From Eledone cirrhosa (taxonomy: Eukaryota), in the NCBI GenBank assembly GCA_964016885.1, contig OZ024744.1, positions 12,772,001 through 12,836,000 on the forward strand: a stretch of DNA of 64,000 nucleotides, written 5' to 3'. A program made the translations under genes and the position numbers. Of the stretch, positions 30,001 through 42,542 are shown piece by piece. Under the pieces are notes generated by a model that worked only from the letters and a program-made list of their open reading frames with translations, did not search any database and was not told the DNA's origin. How positions within the stretch are numbered: position 1 is the stretch's first letter; every line of letters begins with the position of its first letter.

Positions 30001-33000
30001 CACTGCAAAGTGGTCATGTAGGTATCACAACAAAAAGTACCCAGACACACTGTAAAGTGGTCATGTAGGTGTCACAACAAAAAGTACCCAGTCCACACTG
30101 TAACGTGGTTGTGTAGGTATCACAACAAAAAGTACCCAGTCCACACTGTAAAGTGGTCATGTAGGTGTCACAACAAAAAGTACCCAGTCCACACTGTAAT
30201 GTGGTCATGTAGGTGTCACAACATAAGTACCCAGTCCACACTGTTACGTGGTTGTGTAGGTGTCACAACGAAAAGCACCCAGTCCACACTGTAACGTGGT
30301 TGTGTAGGTATCACAACAGAAAGTACCCAATCCACACTGTAACGTGGTTGTGTAGGTATCACAACAGAAAGTACCCAGTCCACACTGTAAAGTGGTCATG
30401 TAGGTATCACAACAAAAAGTACCCAGTCCACACTGTAAAGTGGTCATGTAGGTATCACAACAAAAAGTACCCAGTCCACACTGTAAAGTGGTCATGTAGG
30501 TGTCACAACAAAAAGTACCCAGTCCACACTGTAACGTGGTTGTGTAGGTATCACAACAAAAAGTACCCAGTCCACACTTTAAAGTGGTCATGTAGGTGTC
30601 ACAACAAAAATTACCCAGTCCACACTGTAACGTGGTTGTGTAGGTATCACAAGAAAAAGTACCCAGTCCACACTGTAAAGTGGTCATGTAGGTGTCACAA
30701 TAAAAAGTACCCAGTCCACACTGTAACGTGGTCATGTAGATGTCACAACATAAGTACCCAGTCCACACTGTTACGTGGTTGTGTAGGTGTCAAAACAAAA
30801 AGTACCCAGTCCACACTGTAACGTGGTTGTGTAGGTATCACAACAGAAAGTACCCAATCCACATTGTAACGTGGTTGTGCAGGTATCACAACAGAAAGTA
30901 CCCAGTCCACACTGTAAAGTGGTCATGTAGGTATCACAACAGAAAGTACCAATCCACACTGTAACGTGGTTGTGTAGGTATCACAACAAAGAGTACCCAG
31001 TCCACTTTGTAAAGTGGTCATGTAGGTGTCACAACAAAAAGTACCCAGTACACACTGTAAAGCGGTCATGTAGGTTTCACAACAAAAAGCACCCAGTCCA
31101 CACTGTAAAGTGGTCATGTAGGTGTTACAACAGAAAGTACCCAGAACACACTGTAAAGTGGTTGTGTAGGTATCACAACAGAAAGTACCCAGTCCACACT
31201 GTAAAGTGGTCATGTAGGTGTCACAACAAAAAGTACCCAGTCCACACTGTAAAGTGGTCATGTAGGTGTCACAACAAAAAGTACCCAGTCCACACTGTAA
31301 CGTGGTTGTGTAGGTAACACAACAAAAAGTACCCAGTCCACACTTTAAAGTGGTCATGTAGGTGTAACAACAAAAAGTACCCAGTCCACACTGTAAAGTG
31401 GTCATGTAGGTGTCACAACAAAAAGTACCCAGTCCACACTGTAACGTGGTTGTGTAGGTATCACAACAAAAAGTACCCAGTCCACACTGTAATGTGGTCA
31501 TGTTGGTGTCACAACATAAGTACCCAGTCCACACTGTAACGTGGTTGTGTAGGTGTCACAAGAAAAAGTACCCAGTCCACACTGTAAAGTGGTCATGTAG
31601 GTATCACACAAGAAGTACCCAGTCCACACTGTAACGTGGTTGTGTAGGTATCACAACAGAAAGTACCCAATCCACACTGTAACGTGGTTGTGTAGGTATC
31701 ACAACAGAAAGTACCCAGTCCACACTGTAACGTGGTTGTGTAGGTGTCACAACAAAAAGTACCCAGTCCACACTGTAAAGTGGTTATGTAGGTGTCACAA
31801 CAAAAAGTACCCAGTCCACACTGTAACGTGGTTGTGTAGGTGTCACAACAAAAAGTACCCAGTACACACTGTAAAGTGGTCATGTAGGTGTCACAACAAA
31901 AAGTACCCAGTCGACACTGTAACGTGGTTATGTAGGTGTCACAATAAAAAGAACCCAGTCCACACTGTAAAGTGGTCATGTAGGTGTCACAACAAAAAGT
32001 ACACAGTCCACACTGTAAAGTGGTCATGTAGGTGTCACAACAAAAATTACCCAGTCCACACTGTAACATGGTTATGTAGGTGTCACAACTAAAAGTACCC
32101 AGTCCACACTGTAAAGTTGTCATGTAGGTGTCACAACAAAAAGTACCCAGTCCACACTGTAACGTGGTTGTGTAGGTATCACAACAAAAAGTACCCAGTC
32201 CACACTTTAAAGTGGTCATGTAGGTGTCACAACAAAAATTACCCAGTCCACACTGTAACGTGGTTGTGTAGGTATCACAACAAAAAGTACCCAGTCCACA
32301 CTGTAAAGTGGTCATGTAGGTGTCACAACAAAGAGTACCCAGTCCACACTGTAACGTGGTCATGTAGGTGTCACAACATAAGTACCCAGTCCACACTGTT
32401 ACGTGGTTGTGTAGGTGTCACAACAAAAAGTACCCAGTCCACACTGTAACGTGGTCATGTAGGTGTCACAACAAAAAGTACCCAGTCCACACTGCAAAGT
32501 GGTCATGTAGGTATCACAACAAAAAGTACCCAGACACACTGTAAAGTGGTCATGTAGGTGTCACAACAAAAAGTACCCAGTCCACACTGTAACGTGGTTG
32601 TGTAGGTATCACAACAAAAAGTACCCAGTCCACACTGTAAAGTGGTCATGTAGGTGTCACAACAAAAAGTACCCAGTCCACACTGTAATGTGGTCATGTA
32701 GGTGTCACAACATAAGTACCCAGTCCACACTGTTACGTGGTTGTGTAGGTGTCACAACGAAAAGTACCCAGTCCACACTGTAACGTGGTTGTGTAGGTAT
32801 CACAACAGAAAGTACCCAATCCACACTGTAACGTGGTTGTGTAGGTATCACAACAGAAAGTACCCAGTCCACACTGTAAAGTGGTCATGTAGGTATCACA
32901 ACAAAAAGTACCCAGTCCACACTGTAAAGTGGTCATGTAGGTATCACAACAAAAAGTACCCAGTCCACACTGTAAAGTGGTCATGTAGGTGTCACAACAA

Positions 33001-36000
33001 AAAGTACCCAGTCCACACTGTAACGTGGTTGTGTAGGTATCACAACAAAAAGTACCCAGTCCACACTTTAAAGTGGTCATGTAGGTGTCACAACAAAAAT
33101 TACCCAGTCCACACTGTAACGTGGTTGTGTAGGTATCACAAGAAAAAGTACCCAGTCCACACTGTAAAGTGGTCATGTAGGTGTCACAATAAAAAGTACC
33201 CAGTCCACACTGTAACGTGGTCATGTAGATGTCACAACATAAGTACCCAGTCCACACTGTTACGTGGTTGTGTAGGTGTCAAAACAAAAAGTACCCAGTC
33301 CACACTGTAACGTGGTTGTGTAGGTATCACAACAGAAAGTACCCAATCCACATTGTAACGTGGTTGTGCAGGTATCACAACAGAAAGTACCCAGTCCACA
33401 CTGTAAAGTGGTCATGTAGGTATCACAACAGAAAGTACCAATCCACACTGTAACGTGGTTGTGTAGGTATCACAACAAAGAGTACCCAGTCCACTTTGTA
33501 AAGTGGTCATGTAGGTGTCACAACAAAAAGTACCCAGTACACACTGTAAAGCGGTCATGTAGGTTTCACAACAAAAAGCACCCAGTCCACACTGTAAAGT
33601 GGTCATGTAGGTGTTACAACAGAAAGTACCCAGAACACACTGTAAAGTGGTTGTGTAGGTATCACAACAGAAAGTACCCAGTCCACACTGTAAAGTGGTC
33701 ATGTAGGTGTCACAACAAAAAGTACCCAGTCCACACTGCAAAGTGGTCATGTAGGTATCACAACAAAAAGTACCCAGACACACTGTAAAGTGGTCATGTA
33801 GGTGTCACAACAAAAAGTACCCAGTCCACACTGTAACGTGGTTGTGTAGGTATCACAACAAAAAGTACCCAGTCCACACTGTAAAGTGGTCATGTAGGTG
33901 TCACAACAAAAAGTACCCAGTCCACACTGTAATGTGGTCATGTAGGTGTCACAACATAAGTACCCAGTCCACACTGTTACGTGGTTGTGTAGGTGTCACA
34001 ACGAAAAGCACCCAGTCCACACTGTAACGTGGTTGTGTAGGTATCACAACAGAAAGTACCCAATCCACACTGTAACGTGGTTGTGTAGGTATCACAACAG
34101 AAAGTACCCAGTCCACACTGTAAAGTGGTCATGTAGGTATCACAACAAAAAGTACCCAGTCCACACTGTAAAGTGGTCATGTAGGTATCACAACAAAAAG
34201 TACCCAGTCCACACTGTAAAGTGGTCATGTAGGTGTCACAACAAAAAGTACCCAGTCCACACTGTAACGTGGTTGTGTAGGTATCACAACAAAAAGTACC
34301 CAGTCCACACTTTAAAGTGGTCATGTAGGTGTCACAACAAAAATTACCCAGTCCACACTGTAACGTGGTTGTGTAGGTATCACAAGAAAAAGTACCCAGT
34401 CCACACTGTAAAGTGGTCATGTAGGTGTCACAATAAAAAGTACCCAGTCCACACTGTAACGTGGTCATGTAGATGTCACAACATAAGTACCCAGTCCACA
34501 CTGTTACGTGGTTGTGTAGGTGTCAAAACAAAAAGTACCCAGTCCACACTGTAACGTGGTTGTGTAGGTATCACAACAGAAAGTACCCAATCCACATTGT
34601 AACGTGGTTGTGCAGGTATCACAACAGAAAGTACCCAGTCCACACTGTAAAGTGGTCATGTAGGTATCACAACAGAAAGTACCAATCCACACTGTAACGT
34701 GGTTGTGTAGGTATCACAACAAAGAGTACCCAGTCCACTTTGTAAAGTGGTCATGTAGGTGTCACAACAAAAAGTACCCAGTACACACTGTAAAGCGGTC
34801 ATGTAGGTTTCACAACAAAAAGCACCCAGTCCACACTGTAAAGTGGTCATGTAGGTGTTACAACAGAAAGTACCCAGAACACACTGTAAAGTGGTTGTGT
34901 AGGTATCACAACAGAAAGTACCCAGTCCACACTGTAAAGTGGTCATGTAGGTGTCACAACAAAAAGTACCCAGTCCACACTGTAAAGTGGTCATGTAGGT
35001 GTCACAACAAAAAGTACCCAGTCCACACTGTAACGTGGTTGTGTAGGTAACACAACAAAAAGTACCCAGTCCACACTTTAAAGTGGTCATGTAGGTGTAA
35101 CAACAAAAAGTACCCAGTCCACACTGTAAAGTGGTCATGTAGGTGTCACAACAAAAAGTACCCAGTCCACACTGTAACGTGGTTGTGTAGGTATCACAAC
35201 AAAAAGTACCCAGTCCACACTGTAATGTGGTCATGTTGGTGTCACAACATAAGTACCCAGTCCACACTGTAACGTGGTTGTGTAGGTGTCACAAGAAAAA
35301 GTACCCAGTCCACACTGTAAAGTGGTCATGTAGGTATCACACAAGAAGTACCCAGTCCACACTGTAACGTGGTTGTGTAGGTATCACAACAGAAAGTACC
35401 CAATCCACACTGTAACGTGGTTGTGTAGGTATCACAACAGAAAGTACCCAGTCCACACTGTAACGTGGTTGTGTAGGTGTCACAACAAAAAGTACCCAGT
35501 CCACACTGTAAAGTGGTTATGTAGGTGTCACAACAAAAAGTACCCAGTCCACACTGTAACGTGGTTGTGTAGGTGTCACAACAAAAAGTACCCAGTACAC
35601 ACTGTAAAGTGGTCATGTAGGTGTCACAACAAAAAGTACCCAGTCGACACTGTAACGTGGTTATGTAGGTGTCACAATAAAAAGAACCCAGTCCACACTG
35701 TAAAGTGGTCATGTAGGTGTCACAACAAAAAGTACACAGTCCACACTGTAAAGTGGTCATGTAGGTGTCACAACAAAAATTACCCAGTCCACACTGTAAC
35801 ATGGTTATGTAGGTGTCACAACTAAAAGTACCCAGTCCACACTGTAAAGTTGTCATGTAGGTGTCACAACAAAAAGTACCCAGTCCACACTGTAACGTGG
35901 TTGTGTAGGTATCACAACAAAAAGTACCCAGTCCACACTTTAAAGTGGTCATGTAGGTGTCACAACAAAAATTACCCAGTCCACACTGTAACGTGGTTGT

Positions 36001-39000
36001 GTAGGTATCACAACAAAAAGTACCCAGTCCACACTGTAAAGTGGTCATGTAGGTGTCACAACAAAGAGTACCCAGTCCACACTGTAACGTGGTCATGTAG
36101 GTGTCACAACATAAGTACCCAGTCCACACTGTTACGTGGTTGTGTAGGTGTCACAACAAAAAGTACCCAGTCCACACTGTAACGTGGTTGTGTAGGTATC
36201 ACAACAGAAAGTACCCAATCCACATTGTAACGTGGTTGTGTAGGTATCACAACAGAAAGTACCCAGTCCACACTGTAAAGTGGTCATGTAGGTATCACAA
36301 CAGAAAGTACCAATCCACACTGTAACGTGGTTGTGTAGGTATCACAACAAAGAGTACCCAGTCCACTTTGTAAAGTGGTCATGTAGGTGTCACAACAAAA
36401 AGTACCCAGTACACACTGTAAAGTGGTCATGTAGGTTTCACAACAAAAAGCACCCAGTCCACACTGTAAAGTGGTCATGTAGGTGTTACAACAGAAAGTA
36501 CCCAGAACACACTGTAAAGTGGTTGTGTAGGTATCACAACAGAAAGTACCCAGTCCACACTGTAAAGTGGTCATGTAGGTGTCACAACAAAAAGTACCCA
36601 GTCCACACTGTAACGTGGTTGTGTAGGTAACACAACAAAAAGTACCCAGTCCACACTTTAAAGTGGTCATGTAGGTGTAACAACAAAAAGTACCCAGTCC
36701 ACACTGTAAAGTGGTCATGTAGGTGTCACAACAAAAAGTACCCAGTCCACACTGTAACGTGGTTGTGTAGGTATCACAACAAAAATACCCAGTCCACACT
36801 GTAATGTGGTCATGTTGGTGTCACAACATAAGTACCCAGTCCACACTGTAACGTGGTTGTGTAGGTGTCACAAGAAAAAGTACCCCGTCCACACTGTAAA
36901 GTGGTCATGTAGGTATCACACAAGAAGTACCCAGTCCACACTGTAACGTGGTTGTGTAGGTATCACAACAGAAAGTACCCAATCCACACTGTAACGTGGT
37001 TGTGTAGGTATCACAACAGAAAGTACCCAGCCTACACTGTAACGTGGTTGTGTAGGTGTCACAACAAAAAGTACCCAGTCCACACTGTAAAGTGGTTATG
37101 TAGGTGTCACAACAAAAAGTACCCAGTCCACACTGTAACGTGGTTGTGTAGGTGTCACAACAAAAAGTACCCAGTACACACTGTAAAGTGGTCATGTAGG
37201 TGTCACAACAAAAAGTACCCAGTCGACACTGTAACGTGGTTATGTAGGTGTCACAATAAAAAGAAACCAGTCCACACTGTAAAGTGGTCATGTAGGTGTC
37301 ACAACAAAAAGTACACAGTCCACACTGTAAAGTGGTCATGTAGGTGTCACAACAAAAAGTACCCAGTCCACACTGTAACATGGTTATGTAGGTCTCACAA
37401 CTAAAAGTACCCAGTCCACACTGTAAAGTTGTCATGTAGGTATCACAACAAAAAGTACCCAGTCCACACTGTAAAGTGGTTGTGTAGGTATCACAACAAA
37501 AGTACCCAGTCCACACTGTAAAGAGGTTGAGTAGGTCTCACAACAAAAAGTACCCAATCCACACTGAAACGTGGTTATGTAGGTATCACAACAAAAAGTA
37601 CCCAGTCCACACTGCAAAGTGGTCATGTAGGTATCACAACAAAAAGTACCCAGTCCACACTGTAAAGTGGTCATGTAGGTGTCACAACAAAAAGTACCCA
37701 GTCCACACTGCAAAGTGGTCATGTAGGTATCACAACAAAAAGTACCCAGACACACTGTAAAGTGGTCATGTAGGTGTCACAACAAAAAGTACCCAGTCCA
37801 CACTGTAACGTGGTTGTGTAGGTATCACAACAAAAAGTACCCAGTCCACACTGTAAAGTGGTCATGTAGGTGTCACAACAAAAAGTACCCAGTCCACACT
37901 GTAATGTGGTCATGTAGGTGTCACAACATAAGTACCCAGTCCACACTGTTACGTGGTTGTGTAGGTGTCACAACAAAAAGTACCCAGTCCACACTGTAAC
38001 GTGGTTGTGTAGGTATCACAACAGAAAGTACCCAATCCACACTGTAACGTGGTTGTGTAGGTATCACAACAGAAAGTACCCAGTCCACACTGTAACGTGG
38101 TTGTGTAGGTGTCACAACAAAAAGTACCCAGTCCACACTGTAAAGTGGTCATGTAGGTGTCACAACAAAAAGTACCCAGTCCACACTGTAAAGTGGTCAT
38201 GTAGGTGTCACAACAAAAAGTACCCAGTACACACTGTAAAGTGGTCATGTAGGTGTCACAACAAAAAGTACCCAGTCCACACTGTAACGTGGTTATGTAG
38301 GTGTCACAACAAAAAGAACCCAGTCCACACTGTAAAGTGGTCATGCAGGTGTCACAACAAAAAGTCCACAGTCCACACTGTAAAGTGGTCATGTAGGTGT
38401 CACAACAAAAAGTACCCAGTCCACACTGTAACGTGGTTATGTAGGTGTCACAACTAAAGGCACCCAGTCCACACTGTAAAGTTGTCATGTAGGTATCACA
38501 ACAAAAAGTACCCAGTCCACACTGTAACGTGGTCATGTAGGTGCCACAACAAAAAGTACCCAGTACACACTGTAAAGTGGTCATGTAGGTCTCACAACAG
38601 AAAGTACCCAGTCCACACTGTAGCCTGGTCATATAGGTGTCACAACAGAAAGTACCCAGTCCACACTGCAAAGTGGTCATGCAGGTATCACAACAAAAAG
38701 TACCCAGTCCACACTGTAAAGTGGTTATGTAGGTATCACAACAAAAAGTACCCAGTCCACACTGTAAAGTGGTCATGTAGGTATCACAACAAAAAGTACC
38801 CAGTCGACACTGTAAAGTGGTCATGTAGGTGTCACAACAAAAAGTACCCAGTCCACACTGTAACGTGGTTGTGTAGGTATCACAACAAAAAGTACCCAGT
38901 CCACATTTTAAAGTGGTCATGTAGGTGTCACAACAAAAATTACCCAGTCCACACTGTAACGTGGTTGTGTAGGTATCACAACAAAAAGTACCCAGTCCAC

Positions 39001-40422
39001 ACTGTAAAGTGGTCATGTAGGTGTCACAACAAAAAGTACCCAGTCCACACTGTAACGTGGTCATGTAGGTGTCACAACATAAGTACCCAGTCCACACTGT
39101 TACGTGGTTGTGTAGGTGTCACAACAAAAAGTACCCAGTCCACACTGTAACGTGGTTGTGTAGGTATCACAACAGAAAGTACCCAATCCACACTGTAACG
39201 TGGTTGTGTAGGTATCACAACAGAAAGTACCCAGTCCACACTGTAAAGTGGTCATGTAGGTGTCACAACAAAAAGTACCCAGTCCACACTGTAAAGTGGT
39301 CATGTAGGTGTCACAACAAAAACTACCAAGTCCACACTGTAACGTGGTCATGTAGGTGTCACAACATAAGTACCCAGTCCACACTGTTACGTGGTTGTGT
39401 AGGTGTCACAACAGAAGGTACCCAGAACACACTGTAACATGGTTGTGTAGGTATCACAACAGAAAGTACCCAGTTCACACTGTAAAGAGGTTGTGTAGGT
39501 ATCACAACAGAAAGTACCAAGTCCACAATGTAAAGTGGTCATGTAGGTATCACAACAGAAAGTACCCAGTCCACACTGTAAAGTGGTTATGTAGGTATCA
39601 CAACAAAAGTACCCAGTCCACACTGTAAAGAGGTTGTGTCGGTGTCACAATAAAAAGTACCCAGTCCACACTGTAAAGTGGTCATGTAGGTATCACAACA
39701 GAAAGTACCAACCACACTGTAAAGTGGTTATGTAGGTGTCACAACAAAAAGTACCCAGTCCACACTGTAAAGTGGTCATGTAGGTGTCAAAACAAAAAGT
39801 ACCCAGTCCACACTATAAAGTGGTCATCTAGGTGTCACAACAAAAAGTACCCAGCCCACACTGTAAAGTGGTCATGTAGGTATCACAACAAAAACACCCA
39901 GTCCACACTGTAAAGTGGTCATGTAGCTGTCACAACAAAAAGTACCCAGCCCACACTGTAAAGTTGTCATGTAGGTGTCACAACAAAAAGGACCCAGTCC
40001 ACACTGTAAAGTGGTCATGTAGGTGTCACAACAGAAAGTACCCAGTCCACACCGTAAAGTGGTCATGTAGGTGTCACAACAAAAAGTACCCAGTACACAC
40101 TGTATAGTGGTCATGTAGGTGTCACAACAAAATGTACCCAGTCAACACTGTAAAGTGTCATGTAGGTGTCACAACAGAAAGTACCCAGTACACACTGTAA
40201 AGTGGTCATGAAGGTGTCATGAAAAAAAGTACCCAGTTCACACTGTAACGTGTTTGTGTAGGTGCCACAACAAAAAGTACCCAGTCCACACTGTAACGTG
40301 GTTGTGTAGGTATCACAACAAAAAGTACCCAGTCCACACTGTAAAGTTGTCATGTAGGTGTCACAACAAAAAGTACCCAGTCCACACTGTAACGTGGTTG
40401 TGTAGGTGTCACAACAGAGTAC
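1..40422. repeat. 48-bp tandem satellite array (about 840 units, open at the window start)
   Basis: Continuous head-to-tail copies of GTGGT(CA/TG/TA)TGTAGGT(G/A/C)TCACAACA(A/G)AAAGTACCCAGT(C/A)CACACTGTAA(A/C), with scattered 47-bp units. The array ends abruptly at ...GTGTCACAACAGAGTAC (~40422). Confidence 0.99.
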
Positions 40423-40691
40423 ATTTTATTGTGGCACTAGATAGGTTGTCATATGCTAGGCCAGACAGAAGAGGATACTCAGAACCTACACTGTCTCTAT
40501 TCAATTGCCAAACACTGTATCTCCTGGTCTCTTGCCATATTTAGTGTCACCTAAGATGGGTCTTTTGTATTATGGCATATTACCAGTCAACTTGGCCTCA
40601 ATGGAACAAACAACACACAAGGTTTAAATATTCCAATTTGTAGGTTTTCTTGATGTTTACATCTTTCAATGATGCACTTTGGCGAAACATT

Positions 40692-40858
40692 ACACACACA
40701 CATGGTGGACTCGTGTACAGTTTCTGTCTACTAAATTCCACACATAAGGAATTAGTTAATCCAAAAGTTTGGTAGAAGATACTTTCCCAAAGCATACCAT
40801 GAGATCAAACCTGAAACCATGTGGTTGTGAAGCAAATTTGATCACCACACAGCCATGC
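40692..40858 (-). mobile_element. Degenerate tRNA-derived SINE (octopus-type) fragment
   Basis: Plus strand reads (CA)n tail ...CAGTTTCTGTCTACTAAATTCCAC...GTAGAAGATACTTTCCCAAAG...AACCATGTGGTTGTGAAGCAAA...ACCACACAGCCA. This resembles the reverse complement of a common octopus SINE (recognised from memory, not searched). Confidence 0.6.
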
Positions 40859-40974
40859 TACTATCCAAGATCTATCAGTAATCACTACTTATATGTAGTA
40901 CCTCGAACCTCACATCTATTGCCCCTTGTACGTGGTATCTCCATCAGTTCTGTGTGTTCCAGGTGTTTGATTAA

Positions 40975-41485
40975 TGGAACAGACTGCCTGTGAAATTAAT
41001 TTATAAGCAGTGGCGTGCAGAGGCGGGGACGATGGTGCGTTGGCCCAGGGCATCCTTTGGTGGAAAAGAACTTAATAAATTTGATTGATTTATATTAAAA
41101 TCGAATAAAGTGTTTATTTCATGTTTCTTCTGTGTTTATATATTCAAAATGTTTTCCTTAATATTTCTCAGTATATTAGGCCTTATACTTGAGTCTTTGG
41201 GGCATACAATCAAGATTTGCCCCGGGCATCACCAGAGCTCTGCACACCGCTGCGTATAAGTGACTAAGGATTCTACAGACATGTGTATCCTTAATGTAGT
41301 TCTCAGGGAGATTCAGCAGGACACAATATGTGACAAGGTTGGTCCTTTGAAACACAGGTACAATACATTTTTGTAAACTGGAGCAACATGATATAAAAGT
41401 GTCTTATTCAGGAAAACTGGGCGCTACCAGGAATCGTACTCACAACCTGTCAGCTGAACACCCTACCCAATAAGCAACACACCTT
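40975..41485 (-). mobile_element. tRNA-derived SINE, interrupted by a MITE
   Basis: Reverse complement of the family at 42377 (shared ACTGGAGCAA...AAAGTGTCTT.. block, B-box remnant GGAATCGTACTC). The body continues on both sides of the 41008-41252 insertion. Confidence 0.7.
41008..41252. mobile_element. Non-autonomous hAT-type DNA transposon (MITE), 245 bp
   Basis: 15-bp TIRs CAGTGGCGTGCAGAG / CTCTGCACACCGCTG (13/15 match). Flanking 8-mers TTTATAAG and CGTATAAG form an imperfect TSD. A subterminal GCCC(A/C)GGGCATC motif occurs near both ends. Confidence 0.8.
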
Positions 41486-41664
41486 CACATTGCTCCAAAT
41501 AAAAACCCAAGAACGGTAATTTTTATACAAGACTGGTGTTTCAGTTTTAGCAATGTTTCTGTTACCATTTCAACATAACTCACACCTGCTTTTAAGGAAT
41601 ATAAAGAAGACAATTAGAGAATTGGTTGTTAATTATGATAATCTTGATAAAAATGTTCTGAGTA

Positions 41665-41838
41665 TACATAGTAAAGTGGTTGGCAATGGGAAGGGTATCC
41701 AGCCATAAAAACCAAGCCTGATATGGAACATATGAGTAAGATGTGGTCATCTGACCTATCTAGCCTCAGAAGATGACAATCTGTCTAACCCATGCAAGTA
41801 AGAAGTAGTAGTAATAGTAGTAACAGCAGCAGCAGTAT
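41665..41838 (+). mobile_element. Degenerate RTE-type 3' tail fragment with (TAG)n/(CAG)n microsatellite
   Basis: GTAAAGTGGTTGGCAATGGGAAGGGTATCCAGCCATAAAAACC ... GTCTAACCCATGC matches the 3' UTR of the RTE copy at 53480-53600. Confidence 0.6.
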
Positions 41839-41864
41839 TACAAAATCTGTAAATTAATACTTAC

Positions 41865-42014
41865 AGCTTCTTTTGATTTACTTGTTTTCAACTCTTTAAT
41901 AATTTGAATCAATTTAAAGATCTCTGAACAAGACTGTTTATACAATGTCAGGTCTTGGTGGGCATCCCGGTGGTCAACTTCGTCTTCTTCAGCATAAAAC
42001 AAAGACATCTTTTC
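41865..42014 (-). CDS. THOC5: THO complex subunit 5 homolog, coding exon 2 (150 nt, phase 0/0)
   Basis: Translates EKMSLFYAEEDEVDHRDAHQDLTLYKQSCSEIFKLIQIIKELKTSKSKEA, which aligns by eye to the vertebrate THOC5 N-terminus ([42 protein letters not shown], recalled). Bounded by acceptor TTTTTTGCAG and donor GTAAGT. Confidence 0.88.
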
Positions 42015-42376
42015 CTGCAAAAAACATTGAGGAATTTAGTATTTTACAGTTACCTTTCTTGTTTCTATCTCCCCTATTTACACACAAAACCCACACACCT
42101 ACACCAACACCCACACACCCACAAACTTGCACCTACACCTACACAATGTTTTCTCCTATGCCACCCTTAATGTGATCCTTTTGTGAGCTCTTGTGGTTAA
42201 CAAAGGAAACATTAGATTTATTGTGTCATCCCTGCATTACTGAGCACAGCTCTGTGCACCTTGGCTATGTGCGGTCTTGTTGTTTCTATTATATTGTGAG
42301 TACTCTTAATAGTGTATGTGTAGTGCCTAGTAGTGCTAGTTTCTCTATATATTTGAAAGTCTTGGGGATTTGGTGA

Positions 42377-42520
42377 AGGCACATGGCTTAGTGGTTAGAG
42401 CATTGGCCTTGCAATCGAAAGGTTGTGAATTCAATTCTCAGACCGGGTGATGTGTTGTTTCCTTGAGCAAGACACTTTACTTCACATTGCTCCAGTTTAC
42501 TCAGCTGTAGAAATGAGATG
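42377..42520 (+). mobile_element. tRNA-derived SINE 5' part
   Basis: A-box TGGCTTAGTGG and B-box-like GAATTCAATTC, followed by the conserved CCTTGAGCAAGACACTTTACTTCACATTGCTCCAGT block. Confidence 0.8.
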
Positions 42521-42542
42521 ATAGGGCTGGGGTCCCTATCAT

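Noticed and set aside
112-40353. Cys-rich 16-aa repeat proteins (CCDTYMTTLQCGLGTF on minus, SCRCHNKKYPVHTVKW on plus) as a metallothionein- or keratin-like gene family
   Set aside because: A 48-bp unit keeps frames open automatically. The ORFs are broken by frequent 1-bp deletions and stops that are propagated by duplication, they have no unique N- or C-terminus, and the unit matches a LINE 3' UTR.
1-40422. CRISPR array or a repeat-spacer/diversity cassette system
   Set aside because: There are no unique spacers, variation is limited to point changes, no cas genes are present, and the context is eukaryotic.
1-40422. Recursive splice sites in the satellite
   Set aside because: The gene strand has TTTACAG followed by TG rather than GT; the AG|GT motif is only on the opposite strand. 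No support without RNA data.
40598-40993. Short ORFs as THOC5 exon 3
   Set aside because: No resemblance to the expected next THOC5 segment (..LKKLNRLAH..); they overlap SINE sequence.
42377-42450. tRNA gene
   Set aside because: A and B boxes are present but there is no intact cloverleaf, and the sequence runs into a SINE core seen elsewhere in the window.
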